64,000 bases of DNA, from NCBI GenBank assembly GCA_051599415.1, contig AP039714.1:62001-126000 (forward strand), given 5' to 3'. The position numbers and the translations under genes are program-made. Every line of letters starts with the position of its first letter. The stretch's first letter is position 1. Under the pieces are notes generated by a model, which was not told the origin of the DNA, ran no database searches, and worked only from the letters and a program-made list of their open reading frames with translations. This DNA comes from Savitreella phatthalungensis. Taxonomy: Eukaryota. This document shows positions 46,301-55,601 of the stretch, piece after piece.

Positions 46301-46920
46301 CCACCAATCCAGCGGCACCAACGCTCCTCCAAGCGGTGTCGGAGGACGATCGCGCAGTAGCTCAGGCGGCCTTGTCGTCGTTTGTCGAGGGAACCTTGCT
46401 GCCTTGGAGTACCAAGTGCAATGACCGATTTGGTGCTTGCATCGCAGCGGCGCTTGTACACGAGGCAATCGACAGACAGCTTGCACTGTTAGTGCTCCCG
46501 CTTCCTCCTGCTACTCCTTCCGACACAGATACTACGTGTGTCGTAGAGAGACCAGCAGCCAGGTGGACCGCCGTTCGAACACTCCTCGCCGCCGCTACAC
46601 CAAATAGCCTACGATTCCGAGACAGGGATACACTCGACAAAGTCCTGACAACACTGCCACACCTCCGTAGGTATGCAGCGGGCTCCCTCGGCCCGGAACT
46701 CCGCCCGTGTATCTCCGATGACGGGTGGGAAGAGAGAGCGATCTCGAAACTTATCCCGGCGGATGACGTCCATGATAGGAACGAGGCCGAACGACGTGAA
46801 GAGACTGGAGTTCAGAAAGATAAGCAAGGAATCGGGAGGCTACAGCAGACTCATGCGCCTACACAGGCGACCTTCCAGATGGAGCCTGACATGGACAGTT
46901 TCTCGAGCTTTGACTTCTGA
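43396..46920 (+). CDS. rav1: RAVE complex subunit Rav1 (DmX-like WD40)
   Basis: WD repeats (FSPDG..AS...DDRLVKVWRR, FDFVYL.HPRAVT..QWR). Rav1p_C features: LD..G..F, SETQE.LL, RDPV.AALWY, WRLA..H.E, TAAKNAYALLGRRR..YAAAWF.LA. Confidence 0.9.
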   Translation: MSAIAPGALLPVHCPLASAVRRGTSYFLCATSTDVSVLVDADHLVQRLQCHDRPCALAFDRRTGLIAVATADNVLLFEELYDIATDEIRWKAAGSITLEDRAKIDSLSWGTSGELLISAASTLMLYGPAGRRSAATGGIEMLCTWRCAVGGKGVRATFSPDGNLVASFAADDRLVKVWRRLPDRTSSTVPGGRQSDFDFVYLKHPRAVTSVQWRTPAHEDLTVDNVLYTTARDAVVRVWASDIPHDSHLLTLHGQVALTEAGLQVNHSLSSSPVLSTSAPGTRSRRGSLSRRGGIGTSVAAIMDDEVFAAAVKSALSQFDEAACAGDAPRRQAAHRLKQQRTAQPELLLCIGLTGGIEAHALTHIGSRSHKPATQHLIFADDKDILRSLRLTSRIVSIAVDLLKLDRDGAKLCMLIRTTEAVHICELDLLNLFTQGRPHCLHPLATISGAAGPFGGVCAIEKTGSSSIDVRGDSGTVSWMITRDGRLARSQSTQTVAEESTTTRHLEDIRHELAAEIVDSMTIVIKATEQSVISCSDRPLHIHRFQSKVVTLDWRDSQSSPSLLVATEDGLLLVLHRTTSEDTGLPNWKVQWQTHLDILPTHVAFTEDGTVWVASREQLIAYSALERGVSSTADTPAMYSPATLYSLLSLGRLDAASAVLRELYDSLLNERDFQPDMMKVLAKGKDSEVDQESEIIDQSMADSLKQLLATSPPLGLSVTQLDSLADIIDAVASGQVEASNLDASGFLFYVFFVLSNMRAARTASSIVLDNAHVWFARQSETQESLLSLVRKPFGSTLTWAIARQLRLFDWVREDATLIQIGEDVARSEFLHGGLPDEMDPSPTDVAPQPAAFIPGATTGERDPVSAALWYWTLRRPAQVTSCWRLASSHRERTQTMRLLTSNDFAQPKARTTAAKNAYALLGRRRPRYAAAWFILANSPSDALQILHHRARDPPLARAIAKLFAISATTTNPAAPTLLQAVSEDDRAVAQAALSSFVEGTLLPWSTKCNDRFGACIAAALVHEAIDRQLALLVLPLPPATPSDTDTTCVVERPAARWTAVRTLLAAATPNSLRFRDRDTLDKVLTTLPHLRRYAAGSLGPELRPCISDDGWEERAISKLIPADDVHDRNEAERREETGVQKDKQGIGRLQQTHAPTQATFQMEPDMDSFSSFDF

Positions 46921-47008
46921 TGGATGTATCCTGGCAGGCAGACTAGTCTAGACTACCTTGGTAAAAAAAAAAGGATTTGGTGAATGTAATTGAAATGGGA
47001 TCTTGGGT

Positions 47009-47890
47009 TTAGATGCCACGGCCGCCAGTGACCTCGAGTGTCTGACCGTTGACGTAGGATGCGAGTGGTGAGGCGAGGAGGAGGATGGATGCTGCTGCCT
47101 CCTCTGGCTTTCCTGGTCTTCCGAGTGGGATGTCGGCGACTCCCGAGACTGGTGCGCCTCCCTGGGCGGGCTTTCCGCGTCCGGGGATACCGAGGGCGAT
47201 AGGCTTGCCATCGACCATCATGACGGCGCCGTCTGCCTTGTCTGCAGTCAGACGGGTCTCGATGAAGCCAAAGGCGATCGTGTTGGCACGGACGCCGAAG
47301 CCACCCCACTCCTTGCAGATCGTCTTTGTGAATCCCTCGACACCGGCCTTGGCGAACGAGTAGTTGATCTGGCCGGCGTTGCCGTGGGTGCCGGAGGTGG
47401 AGGAGATGTTGATGATGCACTTTGGTGCGCCGTCCTTCTTCCGCAGATACGGTGCTGCGGCCCGGACGATCCTGAATGGACCTGTGCCGTGGCAGGCGAG
47501 CATCGTGTCCCACTGCTTGTCCGTCATCTTGTGGATCACACCGTCCCACGTGAATCCCGCGTTGTTCACAATCACGTTCAGCTTTCCGAACTTCTGCACA
47601 GTTCCGTCGACGAGCTTCTTCGGGAACTCAGGGTCCATCACGTCTCCGGCAATCGAGATAGCAACCTTACCACTCTTCGTGATCTCCTCAGCCACCGCAC
47701 CGCTCTTCGCAGCGTCAATGTCAGAAACCACAACCTTCGCACCCTCATTCGCGAACAGCCGAGCAGCAGCAGCACCGATACCCTGGCCAGCTCCAGTGAT
47801 GATGACCACCTGGTCGTGCATCAGACCAGTGTAGTGGGTCGCAGAGACCGGGTTGACATGGTTGGCGATTTGTCCGAGTCTGTCGCTCAT
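47009..47890 (-). CDS. Short-chain dehydrogenase/reductase, FabG/3-oxoacyl reductase-like, with N-terminal PTS2-like signal
   Basis: TGAGQGIG, VNNAGFTWD, NISS, catalytic YSFAK, IPLGRPG, YVNGQ.LEVTGG. N-terminus RLGQIANHV. Confidence 0.92.
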   Translation of the reverse strand: MSDRLGQIANHVNPVSATHYTGLMHDQVVIITGAGQGIGAAAARLFANEGAKVVVSDIDAAKSGAVAEEITKSGKVAISIAGDVMDPEFPKKLVDGTVQKFGKLNVIVNNAGFTWDGVIHKMTDKQWDTMLACHGTGPFRIVRAAAPYLRKKDGAPKCIINISSTSGTHGNAGQINYSFAKAGVEGFTKTICKEWGGFGVRANTIAFGFIETRLTADKADGAVMMVDGKPIALGIPGRGKPAQGGAPVSGVADIPLGRPGKPEEAAASILLLASPLASYVNGQTLEVTGGRGI

Positions 47891-48583
47891 CTTTCGTAAC
47901 TTTAGGAAGGACTTGTGATGGGAGAAAGTGTATCTAGAGTTGCTGCTGGGTGTCGTGACTTGATGTCTTGTACTTGGAATCGTTGTGGAGAGAGCGAGAG
48001 AGGTATGTCGTCGGTAGATGATGGTGATTCAGCAGTGACTGAACGGTTAGGAGTTGCTGTGTGGAAGTCTGTCTAGGCGGTTACCGCCGGTGTGGCCGCT
48101 GCTGTTGGTGGTGCTGATGCTGCTAGTGCTGCTGGTGCTGATCCTCCGTAGCCCTGTAGCTTGGCTCGGGGAGCGGTGTAGCCGAATGAAGCCTCGGTCC
48201 AGTCTGAGTATCACTACAGACTCTTCCCCCACATTCTTTCGCCGTCAAGTATCTTTCTTTCTTTCTACTCCTGTGTCAGGTCAAATGTTACACAAGAAAT
48301 TTTAGTTTGCTCCAAATTCCACTTTTGACACGTATCAGATTGAGTAGTTGGGGAGTTGTGGCGTTGTGGAGAAATCGTGGCTGTGATACGGCGACTGCCG
48401 ATCACGTGTGTAGCCTCTCCCTCTCCCTATTGAGGTGTCAGGGTGGCCAGGCATGCAAGGAGTGGCGGCAAGAAAGTCTGTCGGTCTAGGAGTCCAGGCT
48501 AAGCTACCATCATTTGCCCTTCGTTATGTATGTATTCTACTTGGGTGACCCCTCCGGACCTGAGTTGACTTGTGTGCGCCGTT

Positions 48584-51226
48584 TTACACATCGACTTCAC
48601 GCCAGTGCTCACCATCCTCGTCTTCACGACGTGCCTTGATATGGTCAATCACCCGGTGGAAGTGTGCACGAACAGCCTGTGGGGAGGCTGGTGCGCCTGA
48701 CACGGATGCTGACGCTGATTTTGACGCCGACGGGTCTTGTGAATCTTCCGAAGCTTCCAAAGATGCGAGGTTCTGAGTGACGAGATCCACCAGTCCCGAA
48801 ACGAATTTCGGCGTGATTGACTCGACTTGGTGGTCGTAGTAGTATACATATCTGTCGAGGATTTCGACAAAGAGTGCGCACGAGGTGACGGCGTCCATAC
48901 ATGCATCTGCGATCTTGAGTGCCTTCTGAAGACACTCCAACACGCGCTTGTCGTCTCTGAATAGGGTTGATTCGTCCTCACCCTCGAGCTCTTCCTCGTC
49001 CTCGCCAGCATCCCCGATGCCAGCCAGCGGCAGCTCAGTCTGCCACCACAAATGCGATGCTAGTAGAATCGCTCGGACCTGATCAGGCTTCTTGAGCAGT
49101 TTGGCTCCGTGAAGCGCGCACTTGGTGATTAGCGTATCGTAGTTATCGCGCGAGAATGAGCGAGTCATCTGGAGTGCTGATGAGATCGCAGCGACTGCGT
49201 TGAATTGTGCCCGCGACTCTGAAATACTCTCCTCATACACAGAGAATGCCTGAGCGAAGAACTCGTACGCGAACTCTTCGAATCGACCCTCATCTGCGAC
49301 CTGTGCTGCAAACAGATACTGCCGGAGGATGGGTTCTGCAGGCGCGTTTGACGTTCGGGCATGCAATTGAGTGATGGTCTGGTGAATGAATCTGTAGTTC
49401 TGCTTGTGAAGGTCTTCCGGAGAGTCCTTGCGCTTGAGTTCGCGAGCGAGACGCAAGCATCCTGTGATGATGGACGGATACGTGTATCGAATTCGGTCTC
49501 CTCCTTGCTGGAGCTCCCGACGAGCGATTTGCAGGAGCTTCGCTTGAGTCTCGACATCGTCACTCCGAAGCTGGTGGACGATCCGTGCAAGCCAACCTTG
49601 CTCCTCGATCAGTTCGTCAGAGTCCTGGTCTGCAGTACGCAGTCTGCGCGCACCGTTGCTATTTCCTGCACCATTGGCGCTTTCAGCCTCAGGATCGACA
49701 ACGACCACAGATAATAGACCAAACACGCCTTCTGCGTCTGCAGCATTGTCAATGGGGGTACCGTTCTCCAGCAAGGATTCCGCGACAGCCCCTGCGATCG
49801 AGCGTCTGATAGCGAAACTCTGGGCCTGAAGCAGCGGGACGTAGGAAGGAATTGCGAGGACGGATAGTAGAGTCGGGTAATGCTCGATTGGGGAGAGGAG
49901 AAGCTTGAGGAGGTTGTCTTTGGCCTCTGTAGAATGAAGATCAGTGGAATCACGGCCTTCGTCCGTACGGTCACGTGCAAAGGCAAAAATCTGGTCGATG
50001 TTGTCGACAGCTGCAGGGTAACACCGCATCGACAGATTACACAGGCTCACCAGCATAGCAGAGACATCCTGGATCTTCAGGTCGGAGCGAGCGCCGACGA
50101 TCGTCGACACCTGGTCCCAGAAGATGTCGAACAGGGGCACGTCCACTGGAATGCCACGATATTTTTTCCGCTCGCCGGCAAGGTTCTCTTCCGTGGGAGG
50201 TTTCTCACCCGTTCTAAGCGCTTGCAGGCGTTTTGCCAGAGCCTCATTGGCCTGTTCCTGCTCCTTCTTCCGCACGTCCGCAGGCTCTGCATCTGCTTCA
50301 GCGGCAGCGTATGCAGCCAATCTATCAATCACCTGGATGATGATACCCTTGACGTCTGTATGCGGATTCAGCTTCGAAATGGTCGACAAGAGTTTCTGGA
50401 GAGTATGGAGATGCCAGTCATCCGGGAAGACCTGAGTCACGACCTCGAGCAGGTACTCCTGTGCCAGAACGTCCCGGCATTGGACGACCTGCTCGAGGAT
50501 GGCCGGCAGGAGTGTCTCACTGTAAGTATCGAGGTCGATCCCGTCGAGCTGCGAGAGTCGGACCAGATTTGTGCCTACGAGAGTCTTCAACTCGCTCCGC
50601 TCCACCTCACGCAGATGTCTGTCTCGGGAGTGTCCCTGGTGCTGCAATCTGACCCAGAGCTTGTTCATCTCGATAAAATTGGTGAGTGTGAAGGTGATTG
50701 AGTCCTGGAGATTGCCAGCAGGACCATCTACCGTGCCTATGGGCATGCTGTCGCGACACTTGCCCGAGAGATAGTATCGAAGGAAGAGTCCACGTGTAGG
50801 GTGCTGAACACCACGTGACATCTCCATCATATCCCGCATAATCTCTCTTACCGGCGCATCTGCCATACTCATGTAGGCAGATCCGACCGTGATCATCAGG
50901 TAGAGTCTGGGAACGATGCTTCCTGCGTACTGAACGAGCTCGTAAAGGTCAGCAAGATGATGCCGCTGCGCCTTGTGCGCCTCTACTAGATATGAAGAGA
51001 GAAATCCGAGTGCATCGAATACAGCCATGTATAGCTCGTAGTACTGTTTTGGTCCGAGTGTGCTGGTCTTCATCTCTGCAAGCATGGTGGATGCGTGCTT
51101 GAGGGCATCCATGAGTCTCTGAGTGTCAAGACATGCGATCATCCGAGTCTTGGCCCCTCTGACGACTGCGAGCGCTTCCTCGAGCGTGTTGGCATCCTGT
51201 GTGGAAGCAGAAGCATCTGTAGACAT
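48584..51226 (-). CDS. vps35: Retromer subunit Vps35
   Basis: LMDALKHAS, LGPKQYYELYM, LADLYELVQYAG.IVPRLYLMITVG, RGVQHPTRGLFLRYYL, NFIEMNKLWVRLQHQGHSR, LLKKPDQ, RVLECLQKALKIADACMD. First ATG is at 51226 (the track start is GTG). Confidence 0.97.
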   Translation of the reverse strand: MSTDASASTQDANTLEEALAVVRGAKTRMIACLDTQRLMDALKHASTMLAEMKTSTLGPKQYYELYMAVFDALGFLSSYLVEAHKAQRHHLADLYELVQYAGSIVPRLYLMITVGSAYMSMADAPVREIMRDMMEMSRGVQHPTRGLFLRYYLSGKCRDSMPIGTVDGPAGNLQDSITFTLTNFIEMNKLWVRLQHQGHSRDRHLREVERSELKTLVGTNLVRLSQLDGIDLDTYSETLLPAILEQVVQCRDVLAQEYLLEVVTQVFPDDWHLHTLQKLLSTISKLNPHTDVKGIIIQVIDRLAAYAAAEADAEPADVRKKEQEQANEALAKRLQALRTGEKPPTEENLAGERKKYRGIPVDVPLFDIFWDQVSTIVGARSDLKIQDVSAMLVSLCNLSMRCYPAAVDNIDQIFAFARDRTDEGRDSTDLHSTEAKDNLLKLLLSPIEHYPTLLSVLAIPSYVPLLQAQSFAIRRSIAGAVAESLLENGTPIDNAADAEGVFGLLSVVVVDPEAESANGAGNSNGARRLRTADQDSDELIEEQGWLARIVHQLRSDDVETQAKLLQIARRELQQGGDRIRYTYPSIITGCLRLARELKRKDSPEDLHKQNYRFIHQTITQLHARTSNAPAEPILRQYLFAAQVADEGRFEEFAYEFFAQAFSVYEESISESRAQFNAVAAISSALQMTRSFSRDNYDTLITKCALHGAKLLKKPDQVRAILLASHLWWQTELPLAGIGDAGEDEEELEGEDESTLFRDDKRVLECLQKALKIADACMDAVTSCALFVEILDRYVYYYDHQVESITPKFVSGLVDLVTQNLASLEASEDSQDPSASKSASASVSGAPASPQAVRAHFHRVIDHIKARREDEDGEHWREVDV

Positions 51227-51542
51227 GACTGCAGATGTGCGTGAGCTGCCAAAGACGAGTGTAAGCACTGGGTCAATGACAGTTGACAGGCGTGATAGAG
51301 CCGTGGCTGGGGGTTTGACCCTAAAGAGGAGCGCTTCTTCTTGCCGCGCAATCACTTATTGGAACCTGTTGTAAGCCTTTGATGGCTTATACCCTTTGAG
51401 AATCCCTTGAAGAGTCCTGTAGCTATCACTTCAGCCTGTCTGTCGACTTCTGTAGAGTGTGCTGATGGAAGGGTGAAAGGTATGACGTTGTCGTTGTCGC
51501 GGTTACTGTACTGTATTGATGTATACATATGTGTGTATGGTG

Positions 51543-51578
51543 TATGAGTATGAGTATGAGTATGAGTATGAGTATGAG
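51543..51578. repeat. (TATGAG)6 microsatellite
   Basis: Read directly in the vps35-tma7 divergent intergenic region. Confidence 0.95.
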
Positions 51579-51808
51579 TGTATGTGGTTGATCAAATTGA
51601 AATTCCAACTCGGGTTCACGTGCATCTGTGTGGAGAGAGATAACATTCTCATTTACACCCACACACACATACACACATACACACATACTCTCTCACAAAG
51701 TCACTCACTCACGCACTCACTCATCCTCGCACAGTCAACCCTCAATAATCTATCTTTCAAGACTCAAACTCCTCAACAAGCAGCGATTAATCGTCTGAAG
51801 GGGCTTGA

Positions 51809-52041
<233 letters not shown>

Positions 52042-52207
52042 GGATCTGCTCTAGTCCCTACTCTCGAATGTTATATTGTACAGCTTGTGCTTCCTAATCG
52101 CCAATCTCCGCTGGCATTGATGCAGATCCTGGTTTTCTGGTGCTCTGGTGCTTTCACCGATTTGTATCTTTAGCAACGCTTCCTTCATACCGCGCTCATG
52201 GAAGCTA

Positions 52208-53080
52208 CTACTTCCTGCTTGCGCGTGGAGCCCTGATGATGACCCGATCATTCTCCCCATCGATCACCCAGCCTGTCTCCTCTGCGTGCTTCCTCCAACG
52301 ATCGCTGTCGACCGCTGCATCGAGCAAGGATATTGGCGCTTGCATGTACGCTGCCCCGGTGACCGCCAGAGCACGCCTGTAGACCTTTTCTCTGGCATGC
52401 TCGATGAGCCTCACGCACAGCGTGCTCGCAGCGTCTCGCAGAATCTTGTTGTACGACAGCGGGTCGCCGCGTACCATGACCAGCATGATCTGTGTACTCG
52501 TCGTGTGCGTCGGGTCAATCATATCGGAGAGCACGAGTTGCTCTTGCTCCTGCAGGTATCCATGCAGATCGTCCATGACACAGAGCAAGTGAAGCAAGTA
52601 CGCCTGAACGAGGTCTTGATCGGGCTTGACTGCTTTCCGCGTGTACAGGTGGAAGAGCAGATGTCTGAGCGCAGGCAGGTAGGCTTCCGGGTGATCTCTC
52701 GAGACTGCGTAGCGCGCACTTCTCTCAAACACCAGCACTGCAAATGCATCCTCCCTCCCTGACGCCGTGATCGCCTCTCGCAGTTTGCGCAGCTCGCCAA
52801 GACACCTGTGGTCTGCTGGCGAGAGCTGGACAGGTGGAAGCGGTCGGGGTGCTGCTACGGGCGTGCGGCTGGTGGTGACCGCATTGACAGCAAGACTGCT
52901 CATCCCAAGACTCAAATCATCGGTACTGACGAATTTCTCATCCTCCAGCGCGTATTCGCGAGCTAGCTCACTGTAGAACCTCTCCTGTAACCGGTAATCA
53001 AGCAATCGTGCATCACCTTCCACCCGCGACACATACCCATACCCGTGCCCATCCCTCGCCACTGGTCTCAGTCTAGACAT
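52208..53080 (-). CDS. Conserved fungal protein, SAC3/GANP/THP3- or CSN8/PSMD8/eIF3K-like (PCI fold)
   Basis: 290 aa with coding-like codon use. LRKLREAI.AS.R.D.FA..VFE and E.YLPAL..L motifs, plus a C-terminal winged-helix-like segment (AY.Q.P...GW.IDG...IIR). Confidence 0.6.
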   Translation of the reverse strand: MSRLRPVARDGHGYGYVSRVEGDARLLDYRLQERFYSELAREYALEDEKFVSTDDLSLGMSSLAVNAVTTSRTPVAAPRPLPPVQLSPADHRCLGELRKLREAITASGREDAFAVLVFERSARYAVSRDHPEAYLPALRHLLFHLYTRKAVKPDQDLVQAYLLHLLCVMDDLHGYLQEQEQLVLSDMIDPTHTTSTQIMLVMVRGDPLSYNKILRDAASTLCVRLIEHAREKVYRRALAVTGAAYMQAPISLLDAAVDSDRWRKHAEETGWVIDGENDRVIIRAPRASRK

Positions 53081-53401
53081 CGCTATATGATGTTCTGTAG
53101 AGCATCAGTCATCTGTAGAGAGGAGCAGCTCCCATGACTTGACTGATGGTGTAGTTCACGAGGATGACGGTGTCTTGTGCTAGTAGACTGGGCTTCCCGT
53201 TGATTGTGCATCCAAACGTTCTTGAATCTCAGATTCCAATGACGCTTTGTGTTACCCCACAAGTCAATGTCCCACTCACTTCAGCGAACCCATCTGACGT
53301 ACACGATCACTACCACCACCACAACGACAACATCAGATACGCATCCTTCTAGATCATCTCATTCCTTGTGCTCTACCTTCATCACTATCGAAGATCTTTG
53401 G

Positions 53402-54541
53402 ATGTCTCAAGTCAATAGCACTTCTACACGAAAGGCATCATCCAAGAAAGTCCTCCATTTTGACGATCTCCCGCCATGGCTGCAGGACAACCAGTACATC
53501 CAGAGTGGTTACCGTGCTCCGAGCAACAGCGTGGTTGGAAGTTTCTGGACTGTGTTTGGTGTGCACAATGAGACTGTGAATATCTGGACGCATCTGCTTC
53601 CATCGGTATGGTTTGTTGGTGCGCTAGTGTACTTCCTGTTTTACCGTCTTCCGTCTGAGCCTGCGCGAGACCACATCCACCCTCTATCGTCACTGCTTCC
53701 TGTCACTGTCGCTGACGCCGAGTTCTCACGACTTTCGTTCTTCGGCAGGCTCGCATACGCTGCCAGGCAGCCCTCTGTCACTGCGACCGACGTCGCAGTC
53801 CTCACAGTCTTCCTCGCTGGAGCGACCGCCATGTTCAGCCTCTCTTGGACTTACCACACGCTCTCGAACCACTCACCCTCGCTCGCTCGCTTCTTCAACA
53901 AGCTCGACTACCTTGGGATTGTGGCTATGATCTTGGGTTCGTTTGCTCCGACGATCTACTACGGGTACTACTGCGACCGGCGGTTGATGGTGGTGTACTT
54001 GGTTGTGCTAAACGGTTTGGGTTTTGTGTGTGGGGTTGTGACGCTGATGGATCGGTTTAGGACGCCTCGCTGGCGTCCTGCGCGTGCTGGTATGTTTGTA
54101 GCGCTTGGTCTTGCCGGTGTGTTCCCTGTGCTCGGTGCCCTCTACACCACCCCAGCCCACGCCATCCGCAACCACATGTCCCTCTCCCACACCGTCGCCC
54201 AGGGAGCACTCTACATCACAGGCGCAACCATCTACGCATGCAGGTGGCCCGAGAAAAACGCCTTTGCAAAGACCCTAGCGCGTCACAGACCCCAGAACAA
54301 CACAACACCACCACCTATCGCCACCTCAGCCGACTCATCCCTTCGCAACCGCAAATCCGCACAACACAACACCCCCAGCACCCACCACGACAGACTTCCG
54401 CCAGGCACATTCGATATCGTTGGTGCATCTCATCAGATCTTCCACGTGTTTGTGGTTGCTGCTGGGTTTGTCCACTTTGTTGGGATCTTGGAGGCCTTTG
54501 CCTTTAGACACGGTGTGCTGGCTGGCAAGTGTGCCGTGTGA
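53402..54541 (+). CDS. PAQR/hemolysin III family membrane protein (Izh/adiponectin receptor-like)
   Basis: LPPWLQDNQYI.SGYR, HNETVNIWTH, S..YHTLSNHS, KLDYLGI, RTP.WRP.RA.MF, GA.IYA.R.PE, PGTFDIVGASHQIFH. Start at 53402 (alternative ATG at 53267). Confidence 0.95.
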   Translation: MSQVNSTSTRKASSKKVLHFDDLPPWLQDNQYIQSGYRAPSNSVVGSFWTVFGVHNETVNIWTHLLPSVWFVGALVYFLFYRLPSEPARDHIHPLSSLLPVTVADAEFSRLSFFGRLAYAARQPSVTATDVAVLTVFLAGATAMFSLSWTYHTLSNHSPSLARFFNKLDYLGIVAMILGSFAPTIYYGYYCDRRLMVVYLVVLNGLGFVCGVVTLMDRFRTPRWRPARAGMFVALGLAGVFPVLGALYTTPAHAIRNHMSLSHTVAQGALYITGATIYACRWPEKNAFAKTLARHRPQNNTTPPPIATSADSSLRNRKSAQHNTPSTHHDRLPPGTFDIVGASHQIFHVFVVAAGFVHFVGILEAFAFRHGVLAGKCAV

Positions 54542-54683
54542 TGAAGGAACCATCGGACGATGTACAATAGATTCGAGTTTGGAGTTTGAGGAATTCCATT
54601 CTATTGCTAATCGATGTAGACTCCTACAAAAAGAACCAAGTGTTCAGGACAATCGCGTTGTCCGAGACAGCTTGGCGGGGGGG

Positions 54684-55601
54684 CTAGAAGAGCCGACGAG
54701 CGGTTGGAATTTGAGGCTGGGAGACCGGCGACTCTGACGAGTCTGAAGACTCGCTGGTATCATCGTCATCCAGATCGACGTCTTCGAGTGATTCGTGTGG
54801 TGGGAGAAGTCGCCGGCGTGAGGCTTCAATCTCGCGAGCAAACAGCTTCTTCCGTGACGATTCCAGCGCCAGTGCGTTCTGTTGAGCGTCTTCAGGACTC
54901 TCGAATTTTCTAAAGATGCGTTTGCCCCTGAACACATAGAACAAGCCGTCCTGCTGCTCTGATGAGGGAGCGTCCGATCGACCGACATCGCCACCCGTGG
55001 AGGCATCTGGCCTGCTTGTCTGCGTCGCTGATGACGATTTCGACTTGGACGAGCAGGGAGCGAATGGATTGTCAGGGTCGTCGTGGAACGGATCGGCTGG
55101 TGCTGGGTCTGCAAACACTTCGAATGCTTTGTCGCGCGAGAGTGTTCTGCGTGGACGGTTCTTGCGTGATGTGGTGACATCTCTATCGCGAGTCTCCGAT
55201 GCAGGAGGTTCAGTCACCGTACTAGGGAATAGGATCTTCGCAGTGCCGTTCTCGACAATCATCGTCGCTCGGCCGCGTGCCGATGTAGCGTGACCTTCGG
55301 TCTGCGTGCTGGCACCAGCTTGACCTGGAGCTGCATCTTTGTTGCACTCTGCTCCTGCTTCTGCGGCCGCAGCTGCAGCAGCAGCGTCGATAAACCGCTG
55401 CTTCGCTGGTGTTCGTCGTGGTGTAGCGAGACCAGCAACCTGGAATGACCTCTTGATACCATGGTGCTGATCTTGACTCACGGCATCCTTTGCTTCCGGC
55501 TGCGCTGCAAACAATTGACGAGCGGCGTGATGGGGCAGTCCAGCGACTGCCGAGCGAGTCGTCTTACTCCGGGTCGCTGGCGTTGGCGGCGGGGAGTGCA
55601 T
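54684..55601 (-). CDS. rum1: CDK inhibitor Rum1-like protein
   Basis: Disordered 305 aa with TP sites (PPTPA, TPRRTPAK), DNPF, then DGLFYVFRGKRIFRKF...RKKLFA. This matches the Rum1 core as I recall it (NPF...DGLYYVFRGKRIKKSF...KPKLLFA). Confidence 0.8.
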   Translation of the reverse strand: MHSPPPTPATRSKTTRSAVAGLPHHAARQLFAAQPEAKDAVSQDQHHGIKRSFQVAGLATPRRTPAKQRFIDAAAAAAAAEAGAECNKDAAPGQAGASTQTEGHATSARGRATMIVENGTAKILFPSTVTEPPASETRDRDVTTSRKNRPRRTLSRDKAFEVFADPAPADPFHDDPDNPFAPCSSKSKSSSATQTSRPDASTGGDVGRSDAPSSEQQDGLFYVFRGKRIFRKFESPEDAQQNALALESSRKKLFAREIEASRRRLLPPHESLEDVDLDDDDTSESSDSSESPVSQPQIPTARRLF

